DNA of 64,000 nt, from positions 96,001-160,000 of the forward strand of contig CAVZRV010000008.1 of assembly GCA_963777605.1 (NCBI GenBank), read 5' to 3'. A model generated the notes under the pieces. The model made no database searches. It was not told the DNA's origin and was given only the letters and a program-made list of their open reading frames with translations. This document shows positions 40,196 through 50,196 of the stretch, one piece after another. The DNA comes from an uncultured Acidobacteriota bacterium (lineage in GTDB: Bacteria > Acidobacteriota > UBA6911 > RPQK01 > JAPXNP01). Position numbers and translations under genes: made by a program. How positions within the stretch are numbered: position 1 is the stretch's first letter; the number at the start of each line of letters is the position of its first letter.

Positions 40196-40411
40196 GTAGT
40201 CCAGGGTCCAGGTTAATCCAGGCTTTCAAGCTTGGCGAGTCGGGGCTGCAGAGTAGTCCAGGCTGCCAGCCTGACAGGTCCGCCGGGCTGCCAGCACGGC
40301 GGGGGGAGTGGGAGGGGTTTTGCCGGGCAGGCTGCCCGGCGGACATTCCTGGCAAGGATGCCAGGATTACACTCACTTGGCCGACGTTCCTGGCAGGGCC
40401 TGCCAGGATAC
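40196..40411. repeat. GTAG-type REP cluster, family B
   Basis: GTAGTCCAGGCTGCCAGCCTGA at 40253 is identical to the copy at 27459; also CCTGGCAAGGATGCCAGGATTAC and further hairpins. Confidence 0.8.
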
Positions 40412-40420
40412 TTTGGACAC

Positions 40421-40451
40421 AAAAAAAGCGGAACCAGAAGGTTCCGCTTTT
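40421..40451 (-). terminator. Rho-independent terminator downstream of 16S
   Basis: Minus strand GCGGAACC-TTCT-GGTTCCGC followed by T7. Confidence 0.9.
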
Positions 40452-40524
40452 GATTTGGCGTCGAGATCTTTGACAACCGGACGAGAAGGCGACAACGCGA
40501 GGGGAGTAGATTTTATCGCACCTG

Positions 40525-42036
<1,512 letters not shown>

Positions 42037-42056
42037 ATTGCTTAAGTAGTTAGTCC

Positions 42057-42115
42057 TACTCCCGGTTCTCGCGCTGTTTTCCGCCTGTCTCGTTCCGGTT
42101 GTCAAAGATCTCGCG
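42057..42115 (-). promoter_or_regulatory. rRNA leader with boxA and 5' arm of the processing stem
   Basis: Minus strand GAGATCTTTGACAACCGG (boxA-like) is complementary to the trailer at about 40458-40509. Confidence 0.8.
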
Positions 42116-42150
42116 CGGAGACGGTTTGTTTTCGTACCGCGCAAACTTTC

Positions 42151-42179
42151 ATTCTAAACTAAAAGATCTGACACTGCAA
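42151..42179 (-). promoter_or_regulatory. Sigma70 promoter of the 16S gene
   Basis: TTGCAG-17 nt-TAGAAT on the minus strand. Confidence 0.8.
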
Positions 42180-42186
42180 GACCGAA

Positions 42187-44187
42187 TCATCCGATTACGG
42201 AACTCGGCTTGGAGTAAGGCTCGTCCAGATACTTCCGGGCTTCAGCCTGCGCGCCATTATAGTCGATCTTCGAGTTGAGTGCTTTTTGGTACTCGGCGCT
42301 CGCTCGCTGACGCTGGCCCAGGATGTCATAAACCTTGCCCATATAGATGTGGGCCCAGGTCTCGACCCATTCCGGCTTCAAATCACCATTAAGGCTGTCC
42401 CGCATGCTGTTGGCCGCATTGGAATAGCTGTGCTGATCGAAGAAACACTGTCCGAGCCGGAAATGCGCCAGCGAACTGCGAGGGTTCTGATCGATGGCCC
42501 GTTCGTATTCCTGGACGGCCGAGACGTATTCACCCTGTTCCCGGAACTCGTCCCCTTTGGCTATCGAGACCTCTACCTGCATCCGGTCCGAGTCCATCAG
42601 GACCTTGCCCTTGGGATCGAGTTCGATCCGAACCGGGGTTGTCTCGGTGTCGAACACGAACGGTGTCGTCTTCCCGTTGACCATCAACTCCTTGTCTTCG
42701 GGCTTCCCCTTGGTTTCGATCAGGACGTCCATGGGCATCCGGAAGAGGTCGATGTTCTGCTTGACCTGTCCGCGAATTTTGAACCCCCCCTCGCGCAGCT
42801 TGAAGACAGTGTAGTCAACCTGAAATTCAGGAACGCCGACCGATTCGAGCCACTGGGTGAAAAACCATGCGTAGTTGTCGGGAGCCCGTTCGTCGATCAA
42901 CCGGGTGAAGTCGCTGATTGCCGCAGCCTGTCCCGCGTAGTCGCCGTAGAACTCCTTGATGCTCGAATTGAGCGTATCGGCACCGGTCAACTGGCCGAGC
43001 ATGTACAAAACCCAGGCTCCCTTGCTGCCCACGATCGACTCGTATTTGGGAGAACCGACCTCGAGGTTGAGGCCGCTCACGACGGGTGCCTGGTCCTGGT
43101 ACTTGAGGGCATCGACAGCCATCGCCGCCAGGCGAGCCTGAAACTCATCGCCCTTCTTAACCTGGAAGTAGCGCAGCGCCGCGTAGTGCGCAAACCCGTC
43201 CGCCAGCCAGGCATCAACCGCCCGCGCCGGCCGAACCGAGTACCCCCACCACTGTTGGGCGACCCGCCGTGCCAGCTCAAAGGTCGGAAACAGAGCGGAA
43301 TTCAAGAGACGATCCTCGAGGAGGATCAGGCCGTGAGAGCCCGCGGTCGCGAGCGTGATGTTCCCGCTTTGCACGATACTCAGCCCCTCGACCGGGGCGG
43401 GCCCATACTCCTGGGAGAAGAAGTCCACCATGTCCCAGATCGCCGTCGCAAAGGGCTTCAAGTCTCCGTCGAAGTCGGCACCCACGAAGAAAGTCAGCGG
43501 GATCCCTCCCTCCGACAGGGACTGGCGGTAATACCTCGAAACCAGAACCGGCACCGTGTTGATCTCGTCCGGTGAACTCCAGTTGAATGCTTCGGTGATC
43601 CCAAGCGTCTCAATCTCCCCCAGAGTACCGGGAGCAACTGCCGTGAAGCCGAGAGGGACCACCAGCCGCAGAGAAACGACGGCCGAGTCGATCGCCAGCT
43701 GGTGCGACGGGAACCAGTAGCCCTCACTCAGCAACCAGGCTCCGTCGGGCTCGATCACCGCCTTCTGGGTGGAAGGAATGTCGAGCAGTGCGTACTGCTC
43801 CTTCTCAAGCTGCCCTTCGAACTTGAATGTCAGAGTCTTGACCGAACCGGCCATCATGAGGTCGTCTCCCTGAACGCGGATCCGGTCGCGGGAATAGTCA
43901 TCTCCACGCAGGGAGTAACGAACACCTTTCGCATCCGTCACCTCGGTAATCGTCAGTTGACGATTCAGGTTGAAGGAGACTGCCATGGTGTCCTCCAGGA
44001 CGATGAACTCGGTCTCCACCGTTCCGCTGATCAGGCTCCTGTTCAGGTCCAGCTCGGCGTCAATCCGGTAGCTCTTCACGTCAACCGTCGGCGACTCAGG
44101 TGCGTCCGGTCCAACCTGAGCCCAGCCTGTCCCAAGACTCATTGCCGTTAGGATCAGCGGTGCAATGACACGATTCGCAATGCCCAT
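42187..44187 (-). CDS. Secreted M1-aminopeptidase-fold protein with C-terminal TPRs; zinc ligands absent
   Basis: Signal peptide; SYRIDAEL, YWFP, ARRVAQQWWG, WLADGFAHY, SKGAWVLYML, WFFTQW; TPR helices at the C-terminus. Confidence 0.85.
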   Translation of the reverse strand: MGIANRVIAPLILTAMSLGTGWAQVGPDAPESPTVDVKSYRIDAELDLNRSLISGTVETEFIVLEDTMAVSFNLNRQLTITEVTDAKGVRYSLRGDDYSRDRIRVQGDDLMMAGSVKTLTFKFEGQLEKEQYALLDIPSTQKAVIEPDGAWLLSEGYWFPSHQLAIDSAVVSLRLVVPLGFTAVAPGTLGEIETLGITEAFNWSSPDEINTVPVLVSRYYRQSLSEGGIPLTFFVGADFDGDLKPFATAIWDMVDFFSQEYGPAPVEGLSIVQSGNITLATAGSHGLILLEDRLLNSALFPTFELARRVAQQWWGYSVRPARAVDAWLADGFAHYAALRYFQVKKGDEFQARLAAMAVDALKYQDQAPVVSGLNLEVGSPKYESIVGSKGAWVLYMLGQLTGADTLNSSIKEFYGDYAGQAAAISDFTRLIDERAPDNYAWFFTQWLESVGVPEFQVDYTVFKLREGGFKIRGQVKQNIDLFRMPMDVLIETKGKPEDKELMVNGKTTPFVFDTETTPVRIELDPKGKVLMDSDRMQVEVSIAKGDEFREQGEYVSAVQEYERAIDQNPRSSLAHFRLGQCFFDQHSYSNAANSMRDSLNGDLKPEWVETWAHIYMGKVYDILGQRQRASAEYQKALNSKIDYNGAQAEARKYLDEPYSKPSSVIG

Positions 44188-44188
44188 C

Positions 44189-45360
44189 TCAGCTACTCTT
44201 TCTTTCTTTCATGAACCGGCGGGCGATAAGCCCGGCCGCCTCATCATACGCATCCCGACTACCCAACCTCGCCCCGACTTCCAGCAACTCGCGCCGGATC
44301 CGCTCCGCTTCCGCCGGGTTTCCCAGCACCTTCTCCAGGTAGGCCCCAATCCGGCTGCCGGTCGCCCTGTGCTGCACGAACTCGGGAACCAGCGGGCGCC
44401 CGGCGACCAGGTTGGCCAGACAAAATGTCTGGGTCCGAACGAACGGTCGCAACGCGATGTAACTTGTCCAGGCGAGGCGGTAAACCATCGCGAACGGGAC
44501 CCCCGATAAAAGCGCCTCGAGCGTCGAAGTCCCGCTCTTCACCACGGCACAATCCGCCAGCGGAAGAATCGATTCCGTGCTGCCCGACCTGTACTCCAGG
44601 CTCAACTGCCTGCCCCTCTTCTGCTTCCATCCCTCGACGACCGACTCCATCATGCGTTCGGACACTTCTTCCGCACGGACCAGCCAACAGCGGATATCAA
44701 AGCGGTCGGACAGATAAGCCGCCGCATCCAGCTGCGTGGGCAGAATCAGTTCCACCTCATTCTTCCGGCTGCCTGGCAGCAGGGCCAGAATCCGCTCCTT
44801 GCGATCGGGGGGCGGAGCCGGCAACTCCTCTGGCCGAAAACGGGAAGCCGTTGGATTCCCGACATAGACAGGCCTCGACGCCCCGCTCCCGATAAAATCT
44901 CTCCTCAAAAGGAAAGATCACTAACATAAGATCAATATTACGGCGTATTTGTTTCACCCGGGACTGACGCCAGGCCCAGACTTGGGGACTGATGAAGTAA
45001 CAGACCGGAATCTGGAGCGCTTTCAGATGTTTTGCCAGGCGCAGGTTGAAATCTGGAAAGTCGACCAGGATCGCGAAATCGGGGCGGTTGTCACGCAGCC
45101 ATCTCTTTCAACCGCCGGTAGAGATCCCAGTAGCTCTTCAGATTCGAAATGGCTGCCCTGGGTCCGATCGCAGCGAGTTGAGAGACGTCGTGTGCGAGTT
45201 CGACCCCGGCCTCCCGCATGAGCCTGCCTCCGCTGCCGAAGAATCGGACACCATTCCCAAGCCGGGCAGACAATCGCCGGACGAGGCCCGCCGCGTGTCG
45301 TTCCCCGGAAGGCTCACCCGCCACTATCAGGACTCGCGATTTCTCTGCCTGAATCCCCAT
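44189..45360 (-). CDS. lpxB: Lipid-A-disaccharide synthase, split by two apparent single-base insertions (near 45107 and 44872)
   Basis: IVAGEPSG, LVDFPDFNLRLA, YFISPQVWAWR, IFPFE, YVGNP, LLPGSR, KSGTSTLE, LANLVA, VPEFVQ spread across three frames. Confidence 0.93.
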
Positions 45361-45434
45361 AAAGAATCGCTAGAATGCTCGTGCCAAGGACCGCCCCGGA
45401 GCCACCCATTCCGCCGGTGCCCCACCTTTTCAAC

Positions 45435-45994
45435 TCAGCCCTTGCGCCCTGCGCGGATCATTCAGCGAGTGAAACTGGACCTGGCGCTGGAGGCGCCTTG
45501 GTTTCAGCCCAGGGCTTGCCCTGGGTCTGTGGTCCCGGCAAGGCGATTGCGGCCTGTAAGGTCGCGCCGATTCTTCACGTCCGGAGAGCTGTGCCGCCCT
45601 TTCAGGGCTGGATTCTTGATGGGTGGGCCGTGAACCCAGGCAAATGCCTGGGCTGGAAACAGGCCCCCTTCAGGGGCCCGCCCGGCGCCGATCCTGTGAT
45701 CATCACTCATCCACGTCTGGCACCTGACCAGGAACCAGGATCCAGCCGATAATTGCGTCATTGGCTCTCCACCGATCGCCCTAATTCCCATCCAAACGCG
45801 TCCAAATCATCCAGTTCTTCCAGTTCATCCAAGTTGAAGTTTCAGGTCAGCCGGGCCCCCGGCGGCGCCGGACCATTCAGAGAGGTGAAACTGGGTCCGC
45901 GAACCCGGGGGCGCGGCTTCGCCTTACCCCCGGCTCTGTGTCCGTGCCATTCCACGTTTCAAATGGACCCAGGGTCCAAGCTTCAGGTGAAGTT
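45435..45994. repeat. Intergenic cluster of palindromic repeats (two family C copies, CCCAGGGC..GCCCTGGG and GCCCTTTCAGGGC hairpins, 9-mer repeats)
   Basis: cattcag..agtgaaactgg at about 45459 and 45874; hairpins at 45508-45523, 45596-45608 and 45635-45652; gaagtttcaggtcagc at about 45836 and 45989. Confidence 0.7.
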
Positions 45995-46561
45995 TCAGGT
46001 CAGCGTACCGCCTCCCTCGTACTCCCGGCGCAGGATACCGAAGTTCAGGAAATCATTGCGTCTTCCATGACGGACAACTGCTTCACGCATGGTCCCCTCG
46101 AGCGTGAACCCGTTTTTCTCCAGAACTCTGCGGCTCGCCCCGTTTCCGTCGAAGGTCGAGGCGTAAACGCGGTGCAACTCGAGATGATCGAATGCAAAGC
46201 CCAGGGCAAGGCGCACCGCCTCAGTCATGATTCCTCTGCCCCAATGATCGGGCCCCGACCAGTAACCCAACTCCGCACAACCATGCTTGCGTGAGACATT
46301 GTTGAGACTGATCAGGCCTACAACATCCTCGGCATCGCCCGAGAGAATCGTAAAGACGTAACCCGTGCCGCCTGCCCAGCGCCTCCAGGAGGACTGCAGA
46401 AACCTCCGGGCTCCTCCCGCCGGATAGGGATGGGGAATCTGGATGGTCCAGCGTACGACCTCGGGGCGGCTCACCTGCGCTTGCAGAAGCGGAGCGTCCA
46501 CCATCCTCGGTTTTCGAATACTGACCAGGTTTCCTTTGAGTTGAGTCGGCAAGAGATCCAT
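45995..46561 (-). CDS. GNAT N-acetyltransferase (RimJ/RimL type)
   Basis: IPHPY, AELGYW, WGRGIMTEA, NGASRRVLEKNGFTLEG. Confidence 0.92.
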   Translation of the reverse strand: MDLLPTQLKGNLVSIRKPRMVDAPLLQAQVSRPEVVRWTIQIPHPYPAGGARRFLQSSWRRWAGGTGYVFTILSGDAEDVVGLISLNNVSRKHGCAELGYWSGPDHWGRGIMTEAVRLALGFAFDHLELHRVYASTFDGNGASRRVLEKNGFTLEGTMREAVVRHGRRNDFLNFGILRREYEGGGTLT

Positions 46562-46717
46562 TTTATCGAGCGATCATGATACCGCACCCTGGTTCAACGC
46601 GGGAGTTTGAACCCCTGGCATCCCCCTCGATCACTGGTTCGCACTGCGCACTTTGCACTTTGGATGGTTGTCTTTTCGGTTTATGATGCGACATCGAAAA
46701 GCCACACAGGGAGAGTA

Positions 46718-47959
46718 ATGCACTTACAGGGTCTTCTCGGGATTGTTGTGATCCTCCTCGCAGCCTGGCTGCTCAGTGAAAACCGATGGAACGTCAATTG
46801 GCGCCTCATTGGAACTGCATTTGGCCTGCAGTTGGGAATCGCCGTTGCGCTGCTGAAACTGCCCGCTTCAAGGGGAATTTTTCTGGTTTTGAATCGGGGA
46901 ATCTTTTCACTCGAAGAATCGACCCGCGCCGGCACCGCTTTTGTCTTCGGGTACCTCGGTGGGGGAGAGGCCCCGTTCAAGGTCACAGCGGAATCGGCGA
47001 CGTACATCCTGGCATTCCGAGCGCTACCCCTGATCGTTTTCATCAGTGCTCTTTCCGCCGTTCTTTTCTACTGGAAGGTATTGCCCCTCGTGGTGAGGGG
47101 CTTTTCGACCCTACTGCAGCGCACGACCGGCATTGGAGGCGCAGAAGGACTCGGAGTCGCCGCAAACATCTTTCTGGGAATGGTTGAATCGCCGCTGGCT
47201 ATCCGTCCCTACCTGGCCCAAATGAACCGGAGTGAGCTTTTCACAGTGATGACATCCGGGATGGCGACCATCGCCGGAACCGTGATGGTCCTGTACGCGA
47301 GCCTTTTGACCCGGGTCCTTCCGGGGGGCATCGGCCATATTCTGGCGGCCTCCATCATCAACGCTCCCGCCGCGATCGTGATCTCGAAACTCCTGGTTCC
47401 GGCAACCGGCCCGGTGACGGCCGGTGAGTTGAGCGATCCGGAACCGGCACACAACACCATGGACGCGCTGACGAGGGGGACTTTGCGCGGGGTCCAACTC
47501 TATCTCAACGTAGTGGCGATGCTGGTGGTCCTGGTGGCTCTCGTGTACCTGGTCAACCTGATGCTGGGGCTGATTCCCTGGACAGGGGAAGAGAGTCTGA
47601 CCCTGCAGGGGATTCTCGGGTTCCTGCTGGCGCCCTTCACCTGGCTCATGGGCATTTCCTGGGCAGATGCCCCCACCGCAGCTCGGCTTCTCGGAACCAA
47701 GACAATCCTCAACGAGTTGGTAGCCTACCTTGACCTTGGGAACCTCGGTCCGAATGCAATGAGCCCGCGCAGCGTACTGATCATGACGTATGCGATGTGT
47801 GGGTTTGCAAACCCCGGCAGCGTGGGCATTATGATCGGGGGGATGGGAACGATGGTTCCGGATCGGCGTTCTGAAATCGTCGACCTGGGACTGAAATCAC
47901 TGCTTGCGGGAACGCTCGCCACTTGTCTCACCGGAACCCTGGTGGGCATTTTGATTTAG
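46718..47959 (+). CDS. nupC: Concentrative nucleoside transporter (CNT/NupC family)
   Basis: GTAFVFG, ANIFLGMVESPL, GMATIAG, LNELVAY, CGFANPGS. Confidence 0.92.
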   Translation: MHLQGLLGIVVILLAAWLLSENRWNVNWRLIGTAFGLQLGIAVALLKLPASRGIFLVLNRGIFSLEESTRAGTAFVFGYLGGGEAPFKVTAESATYILAFRALPLIVFISALSAVLFYWKVLPLVVRGFSTLLQRTTGIGGAEGLGVAANIFLGMVESPLAIRPYLAQMNRSELFTVMTSGMATIAGTVMVLYASLLTRVLPGGIGHILAASIINAPAAIVISKLLVPATGPVTAGELSDPEPAHNTMDALTRGTLRGVQLYLNVVAMLVVLVALVYLVNLMLGLIPWTGEESLTLQGILGFLLAPFTWLMGISWADAPTAARLLGTKTILNELVAYLDLGNLGPNAMSPRSVLIMTYAMCGFANPGSVGIMIGGMGTMVPDRRSEIVDLGLKSLLAGTLATCLTGTLVGILI

Positions 47960-48000
47960 CCAGAGATCCAACGGCAACCGACTAAACGCGGAGGTTAACA

Positions 48001-49080
48001 ATGGGAATTTTAGACTTTATTAAGGGCGAACTAATCGAGATCATTGAGTGGCAGGACGACTCGCGGGACACGATCTCCTTCCGGTTCCCCGACGAAGACA
48101 AGGCGATCAAGAACGGCGCCCAGTTAATTGTTCGCGAGTCGCAGACAGTTCAGTTCGTTTACCTGGGTGAGTTCGGAGACCGGTTCGGACCGGGGAAGCA
48201 TACGCTGACCACCGACAACATTCCGATCCTGACCCGCCTCAAGTCCTGGAAGTACGGACTGGAGTCTCCCTTTAAGGCGGACGTCTACTTCGTCAATACG
48301 CGACTGTTCACCGGAAACAAGTGGGGAACCTCGAACCCGGTCATGGTGCGCGACCAGGATTTCGGAATCGTTCGGTTGCGGGCGTTTGGGACCTATGATT
48401 TTCGGGTCGTTGACGTCGCCAGGTTTCTCCGTGAAGTTGCCGGCTCAGACCACAACTTCATCCTTTCCGAGTTCGACGAAACTATGCGGTCGCGTCTCGT
48501 CAGCGTCTTCAGTGACGCCCTGTCGTCCTCCAAGATCCCTGCACTGGATGTGGCCACCCGCTACGTCGAACTCGGCGAGGCTCTGCTCCCGCTGATCAAC
48601 CCGGTGGTGACTGCCAAGTACGGCATTGAGATCGCCAGTTTCATCGTCGAGAACGTCTCCGTTCCTCCGGAAGTGGAGGAAGCCATCGACAAGCGGGCCA
48701 GCATGTCGGCGGTGGGGAACCTCAACGACTACGTGAAATACCAGCTCGCCCAGGGAATGGAAGCAGGCGGCTCCGGTGGTGCCGGTGGAATGGCCACCGA
48801 GCTGGCGGTCGGCCTGGCAATCGCCCAGCAGGTCGTCCAACAGCAGGGAGGGCAGTTGCTCGGAAATCAACCACCTTCACCCGGCCCGGTCGCCGGTTCA
48901 GTTTCAGCCACTCCTGGCGGGCTTCCCGACCTGCTCGGCCCGGCCGAAGTCGCGCAGATCCTGGGAGTCTCGGAACCGGATGTTTTGGCGGTGATCGAAA
49001 GTGGGGAGTTGAAGGCCAAGAAAATCGGAAGCGCCTACCGGATCAAACGATCGGCGGTTGATGAATTTCTGGCCGATTGA
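48001..49080 (+). CDS. SPFH/Band-7 protein (YdjI-like) with a C-terminal excisionase-type HTH
   Basis: IIEW, IKNGAQLIVRESQ, SPFKADVYFVN, KWGT.NP, RAFG, ENVSVPPEVE; C-terminal AEVAQILGVS...GELKAKKIGSAYRI. Confidence 0.88.
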   Translation: MGILDFIKGELIEIIEWQDDSRDTISFRFPDEDKAIKNGAQLIVRESQTVQFVYLGEFGDRFGPGKHTLTTDNIPILTRLKSWKYGLESPFKADVYFVNTRLFTGNKWGTSNPVMVRDQDFGIVRLRAFGTYDFRVVDVARFLREVAGSDHNFILSEFDETMRSRLVSVFSDALSSSKIPALDVATRYVELGEALLPLINPVVTAKYGIEIASFIVENVSVPPEVEEAIDKRASMSAVGNLNDYVKYQLAQGMEAGGSGGAGGMATELAVGLAIAQQVVQQQGGQLLGNQPPSPGPVAGSVSATPGGLPDLLGPAEVAQILGVSEPDVLAVIESGELKAKKIGSAYRIKRSAVDEFLAD

Positions 49081-49104
49081 TCCCGCCTGGATGGGAAAGA
49101 GACC

Positions 49105-50196
49105 ATGAGCACGATTGAAGCTCTCAAGAAGCACCCCTGCGCTGCTTGCGGAGCCCAGGCGGAATGGGATCCGGCGGCCCAGGTGTTGCGCTGCCCTTAC
49201 TGTGGAACCGTGTCTCCCTACGAGGTGGACCCCGACACCGGTCAGATTCGCGAGATCGACCTGATCAAGACCCTTCGAGAACTTGGGGACGACGAGCGTG
49301 GCTGGCAGACTCCGCGGCGCTCGGTCCAGTGTCGCAGTTGCCATGCCGTCTCGGTGTTCGATCCAGCCCGGGTGGGCCAGCGCTGCGAATTTTGTGGTTC
49401 TCCGGAACTAGTCGACTACGAGGAAATCAAGGCACCCATCCGGCCCCAGGCCCTGTTGCCGTTCAAGGTCAGCGAAAGTGACCTGCGCCAGCATGTTCAC
49501 GACTGGATCAAGGGGAGGTGGTTCGCCCCAAACCGTCTGCGATCGGGCGCAATGATCGACCGGGTCAGCGGCCTGTACATTCCCTATTGGACGTTCGACG
49601 CTCAGACTCACTGTCCCTGGACAGCGGAGGCGGGACACTACTACTACACCACCGAGTCCTACCGGGATGACAAGGGAAACCTCAAGACCCGGCAGATTAG
49701 ACACATTCGATGGGAACCGGCTGCCGGCACCGTCGAACAGTTCTTCGACGACGAGCCGGTGCCCGGTACCCAGGGGCTGCGAGCTGACCTACTCCGGACG
49801 GTGGTGCCCTTTCCGACCGATGAGCTGGTTCCGTATGACACCAGCTACCTGTCCGGTTTCGTCGTCGAACACTACCAGGTCGTACTCGTGGACGCCGCCC
49901 AGACCGCACGGCAGTCGATCGAAGCAAAGCTGCGGCAGATCTGTGCCGGGCAGGTGCCTGGCGACACCCATCGCAACCTCCAGATTTACCCCGAGTTTTC
50001 GGGCCAGACTTTCAAGCACATACTCGTGCCGGTGTGGCTTCTCAACTACGACTTCGGGGCGCGCACTTTCCAGGTGATTGTCAACGGCTACACGGGAAAG
50101 GTCGGCGGAGACTACCCTAAAAGCTTCTGGAAGATCGCACTTCTCGTCCTGACCATTGTGACCATACTCGGGATCATCATGTGGCTGGCCCGGTAA
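49105..50196 (+). CDS. Double zinc-ribbon protein with a C-terminal TM anchor (YdjG-like)
   Basis: CAACG, CPYCG, CRSC, CEFCG; GLYIPYWTFD; LVPVW; VNGYTGKVGG.YP.S followed by a TM segment. Confidence 0.85.
   Translation: MSTIEALKKHPCAACGAQAEWDPAAQVLRCPYCGTVSPYEVDPDTGQIREIDLIKTLRELGDDERGWQTPRRSVQCRSCHAVSVFDPARVGQRCEFCGSPELVDYEEIKAPIRPQALLPFKVSESDLRQHVHDWIKGRWFAPNRLRSGAMIDRVSGLYIPYWTFDAQTHCPWTAEAGHYYYTTESYRDDKGNLKTRQIRHIRWEPAAGTVEQFFDDEPVPGTQGLRADLLRTVVPFPTDELVPYDTSYLSGFVVEHYQVVLVDAAQTARQSIEAKLRQICAGQVPGDTHRNLQIYPEFSGQTFKHILVPVWLLNYDFGARTFQVIVNGYTGKVGGDYPKSFWKIALLVLTIVTILGIIMWLAR

Noticed and set aside
44189-45360. lpxB as a pseudogene or programmed frameshift
   Set aside because: No slippery heptamer, two independent shifts, and the same error pattern in unrelated genes; most likely artefact.
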